A DNA stretch of 64,000 nucleotides from Antedon mediterranea (GCF_964355755.1 NC_092678.1:11406352-11470351), one strand, 5' to 3'. Numbered from the stretch's first letter, positions 39,838 to 53,536 are shown. Numbers and translations are program-made. The notes: generated by a model not told the origin, from the sequence alone.

Positions 39838-40244
39838 TTCGCATAGTTTGCGTAAAGAAGTTGTGGAAAGTTTTGTATTGCTTCGACCTTTACTTGCAGT
39901 GGTCGAACACCTTGCGAATCAACACGATGTCCTAGAAACTCGAGCGACGAAACTCCAAATTGGCATTTCGCTGGATTGAGAACGACGCCATATCATTTAG
40001 ACGAGTGCAGAGTTAATGAAGGTGAATTTCGTGTTCCTCGGCACTGGAACTTGCAATAAGCAGGTCGTCAATATAATCCACGAGTTACATGGTCAATAAA
40101 CGTTAAACGGTTTGTGCGGCATTAAACAGAGCCAAATGGCATCCTAACAAATTCAAACAAGTCCAAACGGTGTGGTAATAGCAGTTTTATGAAGTGCCCT
40201 TAACATTCAAAATATACAGAATCGGACAACCGTTGTTGGGATGT

Positions 40245-42350
40245 AGCTAAGAAAATTTAGAAAAATAGAGTTGGAGGTCCCAGAAATTGGACTTATTAAA
40301 CTTCAAAACATGAAACAAAATATATAAGCCCCTATATCATGGTTGTGACTTTAAAATAGAGCTGTTAGGTCACGGAAAGTGCACTTATTGTACTTCGAAA
40401 TATGATATGAAATTTATAAGTACCCAGCTCTATAGTTTGGGCTGAGCTAAGAAAATGTGAAAAACTAGAGCTGCAGGTCTTCAAAAATTGCATCAGACAT
40501 TGAGGTTAAAAAAAAGTGGACCGCTTTGCCTTTATTTAGGTGGGGAAGGGGTGCCTCCGCAAGCGTACAGTGGCGTATCCAGTGGTGGGGGCGGGGCCCC
40601 CTGATTTGGTGTCCGTCGGCACACCATCGTGTCCGTCGGCAAACAAAGGTGCCGGGGAAAAAATAAAGTTAGGCAAATAAGAATAAACTATTATTCTGAC
40701 AATAATTGAACTGTAAATATAATTCTTTTGAGTGTTTGTTTATTTACATATCATATCATTCCCTTCAGTTAACTATTTTAAATTGTCATTACATCGAACC
40801 AAACCCGTAAAAAATGTGGTTAAAATAATATCTTATCATCTAGCACGTACGGGCGTACGCGCTATATTGTTTTTACAGTTGAGCCTCTCATGACCTGGAA
40901 TTTGTATGTCTTCCTACGCTAAGATTATATAGTTCCACATGCCATGTGCTTTTTTCTCTAAGATATATTTATTATAAGTGCCAAAAAGCCCATCTTTTCT
41001 CGATATGAGGCCTTTATTATTCAAATTTTTTAAAGAAAAAGCACACATACCATAAAAAAATATCCATGTATTTCATTTTTGGAACAGAATATTCCGTGAG
41101 GCTCAACTACAAAATCACCATTATGTGATATGATGTCATCGTAAGCCAATAAAAGCTGAGCTTTCCCGTGATTGGCATTGCTCACGGTTGAATGATTTTG
41201 GATTCTGGCTGATTTGATTGGTGGATGCGAATCACCCGCAGCGGAATGTTTTCTCTCGCGCGTGTACCATAAAATCACATGGTCTCTCTGATTGTTACTA
41301 CACAAAGTTGGAGCAATGAATTTGTCCGAATTCCGTTAAGTAAACAACTTAACTTTATATATTTTAGAAGCATTTAATAACATGTTTTATTGATATTTCC
41401 AATGGTGATATATAAATTAAATTACTAAAAAACGTAATTATATGTAATTATTTTAACCAAAAATGGCGTAGTTAATAGAATTGTCGACTAAGGCCGCAAA
41501 TTGTTTTAGGCCTACTTCTTTCGGGCAAAAAACGATCATTTTCGGCGATGTTTTAGACCCTATATTTCGAAAACTACAAGTCAGATTTTCGTAATTCTTT
41601 CTTTATTATAATATTAATACAAAATACTAACAGATAATTTTTAATTTGGTTTTAATTTTGCATCTTTATCAAAATAATAATAATTAATAATAATAATAAG
41701 ACAACATGACTACAGTATATGCAATCCTAGAACATATTAATCAGGTGTAGGCCTATGTAAAGTACAGATAATGACACAAATTTTGTCGGCGAATTGGCAA
41801 TTCCCCCCCCCCCCCCCCACCCTTCCAACTTCAAAATCCTGGATACGCCAGCGTGACATAGGCCTACAGGACATGACATTGAAAATGTAATAAATTATAA
41901 TAAGATGTTGGCTAAACGAAAATGGCATGTTTATGTTTAGTAATGTACTAAGCCTACAGTAGGCCTACAATTAAATGTTTATTTAAGTAGGTACCCCACG
42001 GTACAGAGGTTCCTCGTAAATTAACAAATCGGTGAACATACGAACAATTAACGTAATTCGTTTTTGCTGTAACGTACGTCGATACACAGTTACGACGTAA
42101 CGCGTCGGTAAACTTTCCCCTGGAAAGCAACTACATTTTGGTCCCTGGATCGGATGGAACACACGCCTCTGGGCCTAATGTTATACGATTCGTACAAAGG
42201 GACACCGCCAGATAAGTGCGTAACTATTGTTAGATCGATGGCAACAATAAATGCATATAAAGTATATAGCCCTCTGATGTACTCAGGGTCAATGGAACGT
42301 CGCTGTTTTCTAGGCGCTGAAGCTCTACGAAGTGAACGCAAACGATTTTT
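40245..42350 (-). mobile_element. Older diverged copy of the CAG..CTG family, containing a second CAG-type element at 40568-41850
   Basis: 40245-40560 and 41855-42350 align with ~29070-29940; inner TIR cagtggcgtatccag / ctggatacgcca with flanks gcgta / gcgtg. Confidence 0.7.
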
Positions 42351-42883
42351 ATTGTGACGAGTAGGTGGAACAACGCTAACTTCTGCCCCAGTGTCAATGA
42401 GGAAACGTTGTTTGGAGAAGTGATTTGTAATAAAGAAAAGGCGACTTACGGTATGACCGCCAGCAACATTCGTCGCATTTAGTTGTCGGCGTTGGAGTTT
42501 TCCGAACACGGTGGGTTACATTTGCGAGCATTAACTCCAAATTTGTCATGGTACCAACAAAGTTAAGCGACTGTTACTGTAGTGTTAGGTTGAGCAGGAG
42601 ACGCATTTCTTTTCTTTGATCGATTTCGATGTCGACTTGAGCTGCGACGTTGATGCTGCTACTGTGCTGTCGGTCGGATGGTTAAGGCTGGTTTCCTGTC
42701 GACGTAATTTGTTTTTGTAAGCTTTCAAGGATGGCCGACAAGGAGGGTGTATCGTCCGTGCGTTTGGCTGACACACTTGGCACATTAGCGGTTACAGAAA
42801 GCTAGGATGAGTTGAACATTAGTTGGGAGTCGACTTAAAAATAATTGTTTCATAATGGATTGTTCCAGTGGCTTGTCGCCTAA

Positions 42884-44058
42884 AGGCTGGTTTCCTGTCG
42901 ACGTAAGAACATCACTTTTGTTGCGACTACGTCGATATGTCGTAAGAAAAGCGGATTTTACAGGAAACCGATTACGATCAAAAATTTATAAAATCGACGC
43001 AACGTAAGAAAAATGGTAACGACAAACAATTTTACAGGAAACCGATGACCTAACAATTGTTGCGTTACGACGTTTTCTTCCGATTTTACAGGAAACCGGG
43101 ATTTTTTATCTTACGCTTGAATGAACGCCCTTGCGTCACGTTTCTTACGTCTCTTACGAAAGTTGACTTGAAGTCAACTTTCGCAAGAGACGTAAGCGCA
43201 ATCGTAACAAGTAACCAATGAACGACAAGAGTTATGACGTAATGTGTATGTCCTTATAGTGAAATAAAGCCGGAAAATAACATTTGTATGTATTTACTAC
43301 TATAATTTTAGCCCACTTTACGATGTTGTACATACTTTACAAATGCACAGTAGTTTCAATATAGGCCTAATAATTTTCTAATCAGGGAGTTTACAACTAG
43401 GGCCTAGGTAGGTCTAATAATAATAATAGGAATCTCGAAATGATTTGCCTTTTTTTAATTTTGGAAACTATTTAAGGCTAGGCCTAGAGGGCCAGGATAA
43501 TTAATTCATATGTTGATTCATACAAATAATACATAGGCCTACTAGCCTAGGCTAGGGGCCTAGGCTAGTTTGATTGTTTGGTCAAATCAATTCCTATTAG
43601 TACAGTATTAATTAAGTATTTTACTAATACTAGGGCCTAGCCTATCTACTGAAAATAACATGTTGGTGTGCTGCACTGACACTGCTGCTGAGTAGCTACA
43701 GGTACAATAACAACATTCAACATTTCGCGCGAAAAATGATAAAACCCGCTCTAAAAAGAAACACCAATCAGAGATGTTGTTTCAAATACGTCATAAATCC
43801 GACCGACGTAAGAAAAAAATTTCAACTTTCGTAACAACACTAAAATCGACGTAAGCATACGACGTGTGTTTCACAGCCAAAATTTCAACTTTCGGGAGCA
43901 GCATAACTACAGATGTTTCTCTGCGGCCCGACACGATCTTGACTAAGGTCAACGTCGTCAAGTTTTTCTCAACTTTCGTAAGAGACGTAAGAAACGTATG
44001 AAACGCAAGAATCGTTGCAAAATTCGACTTCTTACGTACGTCGACAGGAAACCAGCCT
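42884..44058. mobile_element. PIF/Harbinger-like non-autonomous element, TSD TAA, inserted in Gypsy gag
   Basis: 22-bp perfect TIR aggctggtttcctgtcgacgta; taa on both flanks; removing it restores gag MLQL-LGDK. Confidence 0.85.
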
Positions 44059-45879
44059 TAAGAGTTGCAACATCCGTCGGTACAATTGTGACGGTTTTCT
44101 ATCCCTAACTCTTCGGCCGTCAGGAGTTGGTGGAGTCGCTGTTGATCGGAGTCAGTTGTCCGACGTATTAAAGTATCTTTTAAGTGCAAATACCTGTTAT
44201 CAGTAGGTGGGTTGAGAAGTAAATCAGGAACAGGAACTTCTTGCGCAATTTCAGGTTGTAATGATCCTACTAAGTAGGTGTATATTGTAGCGTAAACATA
44301 CTCCACTGTAATGCCTCGCGTTTAGTCTGGGTTCCAGACGGAGTTTTGTCTTAATATTAGTAAAAAGATAAATATTTTGGCACATATGGCGTTTCATACG
44401 TATACTACTTGATTTTGGATACTCCGTCTGGGGAAACACGCACAAGTCACGTGGTTTGACACCAAGAATTCTTGGTGCATACGATTATCCGGTTGACTAG
44501 TTTCAGCTGCATGCGATTGGCTACTCACTCGTACACCGTTTTAATATTCATATTTCAGAATTTCAAAGACTCAACAACTGAGATGATGCGCATGCGCTAT
44601 GTTACGTTTAGACAACGTGTACGTGGGTACATTTATGAAAGTTTCTGAAGGCTAGACATTATTTTATATGCCTAGTAGTCTGGTAAACATTTGATGGGAT
44701 TTTTCCCAAGAACATGAAAACTCGTGATATGATAGGCTAGCTTCTCCGCAAATCAAACATTGAATGGATCATTTATTACGCGGAGATAATTTTGATTTAA
44801 TTCCCACCCAGATCCTGTCCTGTTCTGTGTGGTGGTGGTTGTAGCCCTGTTGTTGTGTGCCGCCGGTGGTGGTATGTAGGCCTACTTTATTGGCGTTTTA
44901 TTTGGCAGGTCATACGTGCGAATTGAGTAGGACCTACGAAAGAGGCCTAGGCCAAGGACTAAACAATTAATAAACAAAACAAAGCATTACGATTTTATAT
45001 TTCAACAGTCTCGATCGTACATTCAGCACTGTACGTACTCGATCTTTTTCATTTTGAAACAAAATGATCATTGGTTGATTCGAAATCCATATTTACATAC
45101 CGCCCGCCCCATATAGCCAAATACGGTATGATAAACTACGTCATTCTTATCGGATGTTTGCGGTCTGCAAATCGATTATACGTGTTTCACAAGTCTGTAT
45201 TTTCAGACAAAAATCGCGGTCGAAATAAAAACAAATAAATTAAAAAAAAAGATAATACAGACTTGGGGCAAGTCTACCTCGCGTTGTGAACTGTTCTTCC
45301 ACTTGTGTCAACCACACAACCTCTGTAGAACGCTGCGAATCAACTGTTACATTTTTTTAAAACAAAACATAGCCATGTAGAAATCGTATGCGCAGTCTGA
45401 ATGTTCTATTGACATGTCTGCGTCGATGATTAATTGACAACAACAATATATTGCTTTGCTGAACAATTCTGTTTTAGTTTCATCACAATCGGATCGACTA
45501 CGAATCACTTTCTTACGACTGGTAATTTTAAGTTGTTGGTAATATTAATAAAATATGCAATTTTTATATTTGAATTATCATATTGGCCTGCCATCTTCTG
45601 TCATTAAAAATTGCGTTAATCTATAGAATATTAAATTATGCATTTGACCATGTATGTGTCTTCCGTTCTCACATACAACAAACGTGTTTTTAATATGCGG
45701 CTAAGCAGTGGTTTCTTCATAAATCTCCTAATTATCGATGTGATTATATTTAAATTGTAGTGCCTGGTGATTGGCTAGTGGTTATGTCATCCACACCACA
45801 TCCAATCACCGGGCCTAATTGAATGAAAACTGCGATCCCTGATCCGGGATTGGCTGGCTATGTATATGTACGGAAGCCC

Positions 45880-46301
45880 GTTCGGGCCACAAGTTAACTA
45901 TATTTTAAAAGCTGTTATCTGGCGGCCGCCACTTAATTATCTGGCGGCCGCCACTTAATTATCTGGCGGCCGCCACTTAATAATTAGTACATGTCCCGTC
46001 ACGTGACATGTACGTGCATTGGATCAGAGGCGATGTTGCATGCAATAAAAGGCGGGCAATACAATCATGATTATGCACATGCTACGACGGCAGGTTGCCT
46101 AAACATTGGAAAAGGTTGTTACGGCTCTCTGTTAGTTTAGCGCCCTCTATAATAAAAAATTGTCTAATATGTCCACTCACAAAGATAACGTGTTCTATGC
46201 GTAGGTCTATCTAGAAGAGACACAAAGTGGCGGCCGCCAGATAATTAAGTGGCGGCAGCCAGATAACAGCTTTTAAAATATAGTTAACTTGTGGCCCGAA
46301 C
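45880..46301. mobile_element. Palindromic MITE with tandem GCGGCCGC-containing subterminal units
   Basis: gttcgggccacaagttaactatattttaaaagctgttatctggcggccgccact mirrored at ~46227-46301. Confidence 0.85.
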
Positions 46302-46886
46302 CAGGAAGACTTTTTTTCAGTAGTTAGATAGTTTAACCTAATGTAATAACATGTCTGGTGACTCCCTAGAAGGTGAAAAAAGATGGTGGATACACGGTGG
46401 ATAATTTTTGCTATGGCAAGAAAATAAAAATCTAAAGTTGAATAAAAATATCAGAAATGTAATATTCAAGTTATATTACCTATATTTAGTCAGCTGATAA
46501 AATTTTTTACCACACCGTTTTATTTGTTATAGCTTTTTAAAATGCCTCTCTATTTACAAAATGTGTGTACAAAAGAGTAGAGATTTTACTGTGTAATTTG
46601 AACTATCCCCCCACTGATAAAAAAGTGCTCATTTTCAAAAAGCTCGTGTAACACAAATAAAATCCCAACAATTATGAAATATAGGGGAAACTATAGATCG
46701 ATAATTATTGGAATCTATGATCAATAGAAATTTGCCCGCACCTGGCCTTTAACAAGTATTTATTTGATCATAGTTTCATCACATTTAAATCAAAATACAA
46801 AAAATACATAATACTAAAATACAAACCAACTTAATTTTCACCCAAATTTGACCTATTTCAAACACCTCTTTTACCCTTATTTTGTA

Positions 46887-47123
46887 TGTATGTTTTGTAT
46901 TAGTCTCTTGCGTAGTGTATGCGTCTGTATGTTTTGTATTAGTCTCTTGCGTAGTGTATGCGTCTGTATGTTTTGTATTAGTCTCTTGCGTAGTGTATGC
47001 GTCTGTATGTTTTGTATTAGTCTCTTGCGTAGTGTATGCGTCTGTCTGTTTTGTATTAGTCTCTTGCGTAGTGTATGCGTCTGTATGTTTTGTATTAATC
47101 TCTTGCGTAGTGTATGCGTCTGT
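46887..47123. repeat. 39-bp minisatellite, ~6 near-perfect copies
   Basis: Unit tgtatgttttgtattagtctcttgcgtagtgtatgcgtc. Confidence 0.95.
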
Positions 47124-50100
47124 AACCCCTGTTTGTCTCTGTCTATGAACATTTGATCCCAATTTTTTATAAAAACTTTTTTTCCTGGTGGAACCTGTCT
47201 TTAAGCTCTCTGAGCTTATTTTAGTTTCTCCAGATACAAGGCATTAACTATTAATTTGATTCATATTTTGTTAACATATTTTGAATTTTGCTTTGTGTAA
47301 ATAAATGAATGAATGAATATGCAATAGGCCTACATGATGTTTTAAAATAAAATACCAAACACAAAGATATATCTTTGATATAACGTGATTACTTTTATTC
47401 TGATGGTTCAAACCGTTTACTGTACTTATAATTGGTGCCATCTTATAGGTTTTACCAAATCAAACATTTTGGTAGGTTATATTATAACTTTATTGCAGAA
47501 CTATGAGAATTTCTAGAGCAGAAAAACAGCTGAAAAACAGCCATTTTTATCATTTTGCGTAATCAAGAGTGGCGCGTCCCCGTTTATGTGACTCAAAACA
47601 AATCGTATTGTATTTCTGTCGTTTTCCGTAAACGAGAAAATGGCAACTTTATCGTTCTCAATTTCACGCTAAGCTCTGCCCACTTTGTTAAAGCTTATGA
47701 TTAAATTGTTCATTGGCACCGTCCTATAGCTTCTCTTCCCGTCGTGTTCGTAAAGTCCCAGTTATAAGAAAGAAAACGGTGGATATCAGTACGGATGTAC
47801 CTTTAAAAGCATTTGTAGGGATCCGCCGTCTTCTGTTTCATACCCGGTCGTATCAACATGGAAAGGCCATTAAGCAGATTTTGTTTGTGATAATCAGATG
47901 TTTTATAATAATTATGCTGGTAGGCCTACTGGTGGAATCGTGTGGGAATGAACAGATAGATAGGTTAGATCGCATAGGCCTATTGGGATATAGGCCTAGA
48001 GTGGTAAGCCTAGCAGAAGTACTGTTTGTTGACGAAATAACATCAATACAACTACATGGAAGAAAATGGTAGGCTGTCAATATTCTTTTTATTAGGGCCT
48101 ATGTGATGTGTAGCCAGGGGATAAAGCAGGGAGGTGTAACATAATTTCCATGTATAGGCATAAAGCTAATAAGCACAGTTTAGTTTGGCGGCCTGGGACC
48201 AATATTCTATTTTTCACGATCCAATTCCAGGAAAACAAAGCAATAGTTCGATTATTTTGAGGCAACGAAATTACGAAGAAGCTCCACGGTCACGTACGTT
48301 AACATGATACGTACATACGTACTTTTGAATATTAGATGTCACTCAACACATTAATATTAATAGGGGTTTTCGCATGAACACAGACGCTCAGATTTCGGTG
48401 GTTTTTTTTTGTGGTTTTTTTTTAGTAATTAATTTTATTAATGGTATTAATTTGGTAACATAATATATAATAAATGCTAGGGCGTACATGCAAGTTAGGA
48501 TACAAGTTAAGAACCAATACAAAAACACACAAATTCACCCCTCTTTGGCTCTCTGTGTGTTTTTGACACAAACTGCGCCGCCAACGTTATTATTTAAAAG
48601 GCTTGTTCATCATTTTTGTAATTGTTTGCCTTTTAATATTGTTCATACCCTTTTCAGTATATCAAAGAAATATAATCCACGACACTTTATTATTTTATTT
48701 AGTAATCAAGGCATGCATTATGAAATTGAAATATTACATAATTGTTATTATGAAACGCAATTATGGGATGTTTCGTTCCAAAATCAATCAATCGAACTTT
48801 ATAATGTACCGGCTCTTAGTTTTGTAGGCCTCTGGTAAAGAGCGATAGCGTATGAACATCGTTACGCTAGCTTAGGCCTGCATTGTTGAATTGTCTTTCC
48901 TTTTCTGGCAGAATATATAGGCCTAGCTATGATGTAATTAAACCAGTATAATCACAATTGATTCTATAGGTTAAGATTTAATTAATTCATTTATTATGTA
49001 CATTGTTGGATGTCAAAAACAGGCAACATAATTATTCATTATAAGGTTTTTATTTTATTTTTTTTGCATTAGCAGTTCCAAAGATTTTTCCATGTATATA
49101 ATAGGGAATAATTTATGTTAGGCCTATATCTGAAATTAGAATGTTTAGACTAACATGACACATGTAGGCATGTGAGTTTTGCAGCAGCTACCCTAGCTAG
49201 TATAAGCGCGACGACAGATCATTTTCGTTCGATTACCGCTTGAAAACTATTTCCAGGGTTTTCCGTCACATCATGAATATTCATATTCAAGCCCTCTATA
49301 GTTTCTGCCTTAACCTAATGGAAAAAAAATAATGGGAGCCGGGCTTAAAGAGTTACGACTTTGAATTGATTAGAAGCCATTTTGTGTCCAACTATTCCTA
49401 TGTAGAGTATGGAGTTGAGTCCTTTGTTTTAAAATTTACCATTTGTTTTCTTAATCATTTGGCAGAAATTAAATGATTCTTCTATGTTTCGATACCCTTC
49501 GGTTAAACGTTTTTCATTGCGCTATTTTGCAGAAATAAGGTTCTCGACGTACGACGTAACTACAGTTTTCGTAATGCTTGCGCAGATCGATTTGTTTACA
49601 AAGTGGGCTGAGATTGCGCGTTGCATGTTGGGAAATAGCGTTAAAGTTAACGTTTACGTGCTCCTGCTGCGAAAACTTCTAATGTGTGACGTATTACGCG
49701 AGTTTTACCCATACGCATACGGAGGTTGCACAAACTGCCTAATAAAGATATCACGTACGGTATTATCATACGTGTCGTACTATATTATAATAGTCTAGTA
49801 GAAAAGGAACCGTGGATTGATGATAACATTTTAGAACATATCAGATTATGTGAATCTGTGTTGCTAAAATGAAGAAAACAAATAATGAGTAGGCGATGAA
49901 GAGAATACCAGAGGTAATACAAATGATACGAACTCTTTTACATTTAACTCAGAAAACAAAATTGACTCTGTTCAGGATAATTTGCTTACAGATATTGGTA
50001 ATGTATTTAATGGAAAAGGGCTAAAATATTTTACGTTTAAACATCGTTACAAACGCTGGAAAATGTGATGAAATAAAATAGAAACCGAGAAGGAGGAGGT

Positions 50101-51917
50101 GTAGCAGTATATATAAGTCAAAATTTTTCTTTCAATTATAACATTTTAGAAAATGTAATGAGTCCAAATAATTGTTATCAAGTTAACTAAACCAAAGAGA
50201 AACCCTATTTTAATTATTGATGATATCGCCCAATCTAATTCCTGTACTGATATATTTGATGAATTTGAAAACAATTCTTAAACAAATTGAATATAATGAA
50301 ATAAGTGTCCATGTACCAACCCTATCATGGTTGGGGATGATGAGCTAAACAAAAATTGAAAAAAAAATAGAGCTGCTAGGTCCCCGGAAATTGCACTTTT
50401 ATTTTGAAATATATATGCTTCCAGGATATAGTTTGAGCTGAGCTAAGAACATTTTGAAAAATAGAGCTTCTAGGTCATCTCATAAATTCTAGAAATTGCT
50501 CAAGAAATTTATCCATTGGGTTTTTGAAGTTATATTTAGATCATGTACTAATTGTATTCATTATCTATATATAAATGTACGTAAGGGCAAAATTCGGTAA
50601 ATCGCGTGTTCGTAATTCGATCCATTTTATTTAATCAACTTTATCATTGCAGTTAAACCACCACCCACACCACCCTCAATGACATGAGTAGCGTATAGGA
50701 TAGGCCTCAGTACGAAGGATCACATGCCCTAAACGCAGAACATCTTTGGTGGGTAGGAACCAACTTAAGTATAAATTGGCTCTAAGAAACAATTTAAAAC
50801 CATTAGGCCTACTAATTCAGTTGAGTCAATTAATTATTATCAACGATTAAAGCGAATTTACGATTTGCCCCGAATATAGGCCTAGGTGTTTTCCACAAAC
50901 TGTTTTACATTATATAAACACATTTAAACACATATACAAATAAACTTTATTACTGACAGTTGCTTCTCAACGTTTGTATTAAATATTACGGTAGGCCTAC
51001 TGTAATTTAAAAAAAATAATATAAATATCGTAGTGATGTATCGTTTACATGTACTTTTCTATTTCAATCGACTATGACGGTGACAGTTTCAACAAAGTAT
51101 AAATCGCAATGTTTTACTGTGTTTAGTGGTAGAGGTATATTATTTTTTTTTAAATGAAAACAATTAATATTTCGTTACTGTGAATGGATAAAGAATATAT
51201 TTAAAAAGTGTTACTCTTTGCACCACCCCTCCACTTCCCCATCTACAAATTAAGTTTGTTTAAATTTGACTCAAACAATCTCATTTTGTGACCAGTTTCG
51301 GAAGTAATTCCCACCAGGGTGCTAATTTTAGTTGAGTACATAACTCACCGTGTCTATTCGTTCTTGCAAACGACATTATTATTGTCCTGCGGTGGTACGT
51401 ACGTTTGAAATCGCCAGTTTTTTTACGCTGAAATTGCTATCGACCATCTGTGGGAACGACCATCTATTTTTGGAAATTTACAGCAAGACTTATGCCTACT
51501 TTAGCAGAACGTGCTCTAAAACGCCGGAGCTTTCGGGATCCAGCCGCCCGCAAAGTACTCAATATTTCAATTTTGAGCCCCCACTAGAAATAAATCCTAC
51601 ACACACGGGACACGACGCCCCTGTTAACCCTCTAAATATCTCTTAAAACATTTGTAAACAACAACAGAGAGATTCTCGAACCCCAGCTGATGCTATATAG
51701 CATACATACGTGTCTCATGTTGTGGATGCATCTTTGTCAATGTCTGATCGTAGGATTATTTGAAGGGGTTACAGGGTCGTATATACACGGAGTATACGGA
51801 TTTTGCTGAATGACATCCCTAAATGGCGTGAATGGTACTTTCGCACGTCAAATTCATGATAAATGGCACCTGCTGCTTCTAATATTGAGCAAAACGTTTT
51901 TGAAGAAAGAAGCAAAA

Positions 51918-53536
51918 CAGTGGTGGCGCCAGCGGGGGGCTACGGGGGCTCTAGCCCCCTCGTCGGGAAGCCTAGCCCCCCCCCCCCCCCCCCCCCCCCG
52001 GTCGGGGAACACGGGTATTTTTGTCAGGGAATATAATATACAGTAAAAAACGTTCGCGTTCACTTCATATAGCTTCAGCGCCTAGAAAACCACGACGTTC
52101 CATTGACCGTGAGAGTACGTCCGAGGGCTATTATGCACTTTTATGCATTCATTTTATTGCCAGCGATCTAACTTACTACTAAACATTAGCTAGGTACGCA
52201 CTTGTCTGGCGGTATCCCTTTGTACGAATCGTTCAACATTGGGTCGAGACGCGTGATATCAAGTTCCATCCAGGGACCAAAATGTGTAATGTAGTTATTT
52301 TCCAGGCAAAGTTTACCGACGGTTACCGAAGGGAACACGGGTACTTTTTGTCGGGGAATATAATATACAGTAGTAAAAAGCGTTCGCGTTCACTTCGTAG
52401 CTAGCTTCAGCGCCTAGAAAACCGCGACGTTTCATTGACCGTGAGAGTACGTCAGAGTGATATTATGCACTTAATATGCATTCATTATTGCCAGCGATCT
52501 AACTTACTACTAAACAATAGCTAGGTTCGCACTTGTCTGGCGGTATCCCTTTGTACGAATCGTTCAACGTTGGGTCGAGACGCGTGATATCATGTTCCAT
52601 CCAGGGACCAAAATGTGTACTGTAGTTATTTTCCAGGCGAAGTTTACTGACGGTTACGTCGTGTACTGCGTCGACGTACGCTACACTACAGCAAAAACGA
52701 ATTATGTTAATTGTTCGTATGTTCACCAATTTTTTTAATTTACAAGTAACCTTCTGTACCGTGGGGCACCTAAAATAAATTTTTCATCCATTACTAAACA
52801 AAAAAAACATGCCATTTTCGCTTAGCCAACATCTTATTATAGCTAAGTTATTACATTTTCAATGTCCTGTATGTCATGAATTTCTCACCACTCGAAAGTC
52901 CAGATGGTACGCACGCATACACTTGGGAGGAATAAACTTATTTCCCCGACTGAAAAAGGTCTACGCTTGCGTTTTTTAAGCCTCTAGGCCTGATTTTTCC
53001 GAAGTATAAAATGCAATTTTTTGAAGACCTGCAGCTCTAGTTTTAAACAGTTTCTTAGCTCAGCCCCAACAATAAAGCTGGTCATATTTCGAAGTACAAG
53101 AAGTGCATTTTCCGGGACCTAACATCTCTATTTTTCAAACATTTCTTAGCTCAGTCACAACCTTGATAGGGACTTATATATTTTGTTTCATGTTTTGAAG
53201 TATAATAAGTTCAATTTCCGGGACCTCCAACTCTATTTTTCTAAAATTCTTTGAACTTTTATTTTTTAAATTGAAAAATATGGATTGAAACAGTCATCGC
53301 GCATCGTTTTTTTGCACGCAGTATTTTATTTATGCATTATAAAAATTGGAAAAAATGGCTACCCTAAATCTGATTAAAATGACCTCAAATGACGCTAGAA
53401 CGCGTTGCTTCCGGGGCTTCGCCCCCTGGCCCCCAGCCTAGTGATGCTCGCTTCGCTCGCATAGCCCCCTCGTCGGGGAATGTAGCCCCCGCGTCGGGAA
53501 GATCCTGGCGTCGGGAAGATCCTGGCGCCACCACTG
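51918..53536 (+). mobile_element. Full-length non-autonomous CAG..CTG transposon with 5-bp TSD CAAAA (hAT5-like)
   Basis: 15-bp perfect TIR cagtggtggcgccag / ctggcgccaccactg; caaaa on both flanks; further copies at 3241-4794, 28772-29980 and ~22290-22478. Confidence 0.88.

Larger units (their letters stand above)
36905..44340 (-). mobile_element. Fragmented Gypsy LTR-retrotransposon internal region: gag ~44340-44062, 42880-42790, 42560-42480; protease 42480-42350; RT 40190-39838; RT/RNase H 37231-36905
   Basis: DQQRLHQLLTAEELG..MLQLLGDK, CWYHDKFGVNARKCNPPC, FLIDTGAEVSVVP, RMPFG, YIDDLLIAS, LEFLGH, FLGLINFY, ILTDHKPL. Confidence 0.85.

Noticed and set aside
42090-42350. C-terminal half of the 139-aa ORF as part of the Gypsy protease
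   Set aside because: After ..VVPPTRH the frame runs into inserted DNA-transposon sequence
46785-47162. Overlapping repetitive ORFs (HTDAYTTQETNTK)n; superficially CRISPR-like periodicity
   Set aside because: A plain 39-bp minisatellite with no unique spacers; open frames result from a unit length divisible by 3
49780-50310. LINE endonuclease-like traces (NREGGGVAVYI), and RT-like traces at ~24120-25100 (DYQKAFDSINR)
   Set aside because: Too decayed to delimit or classify; not listed as features
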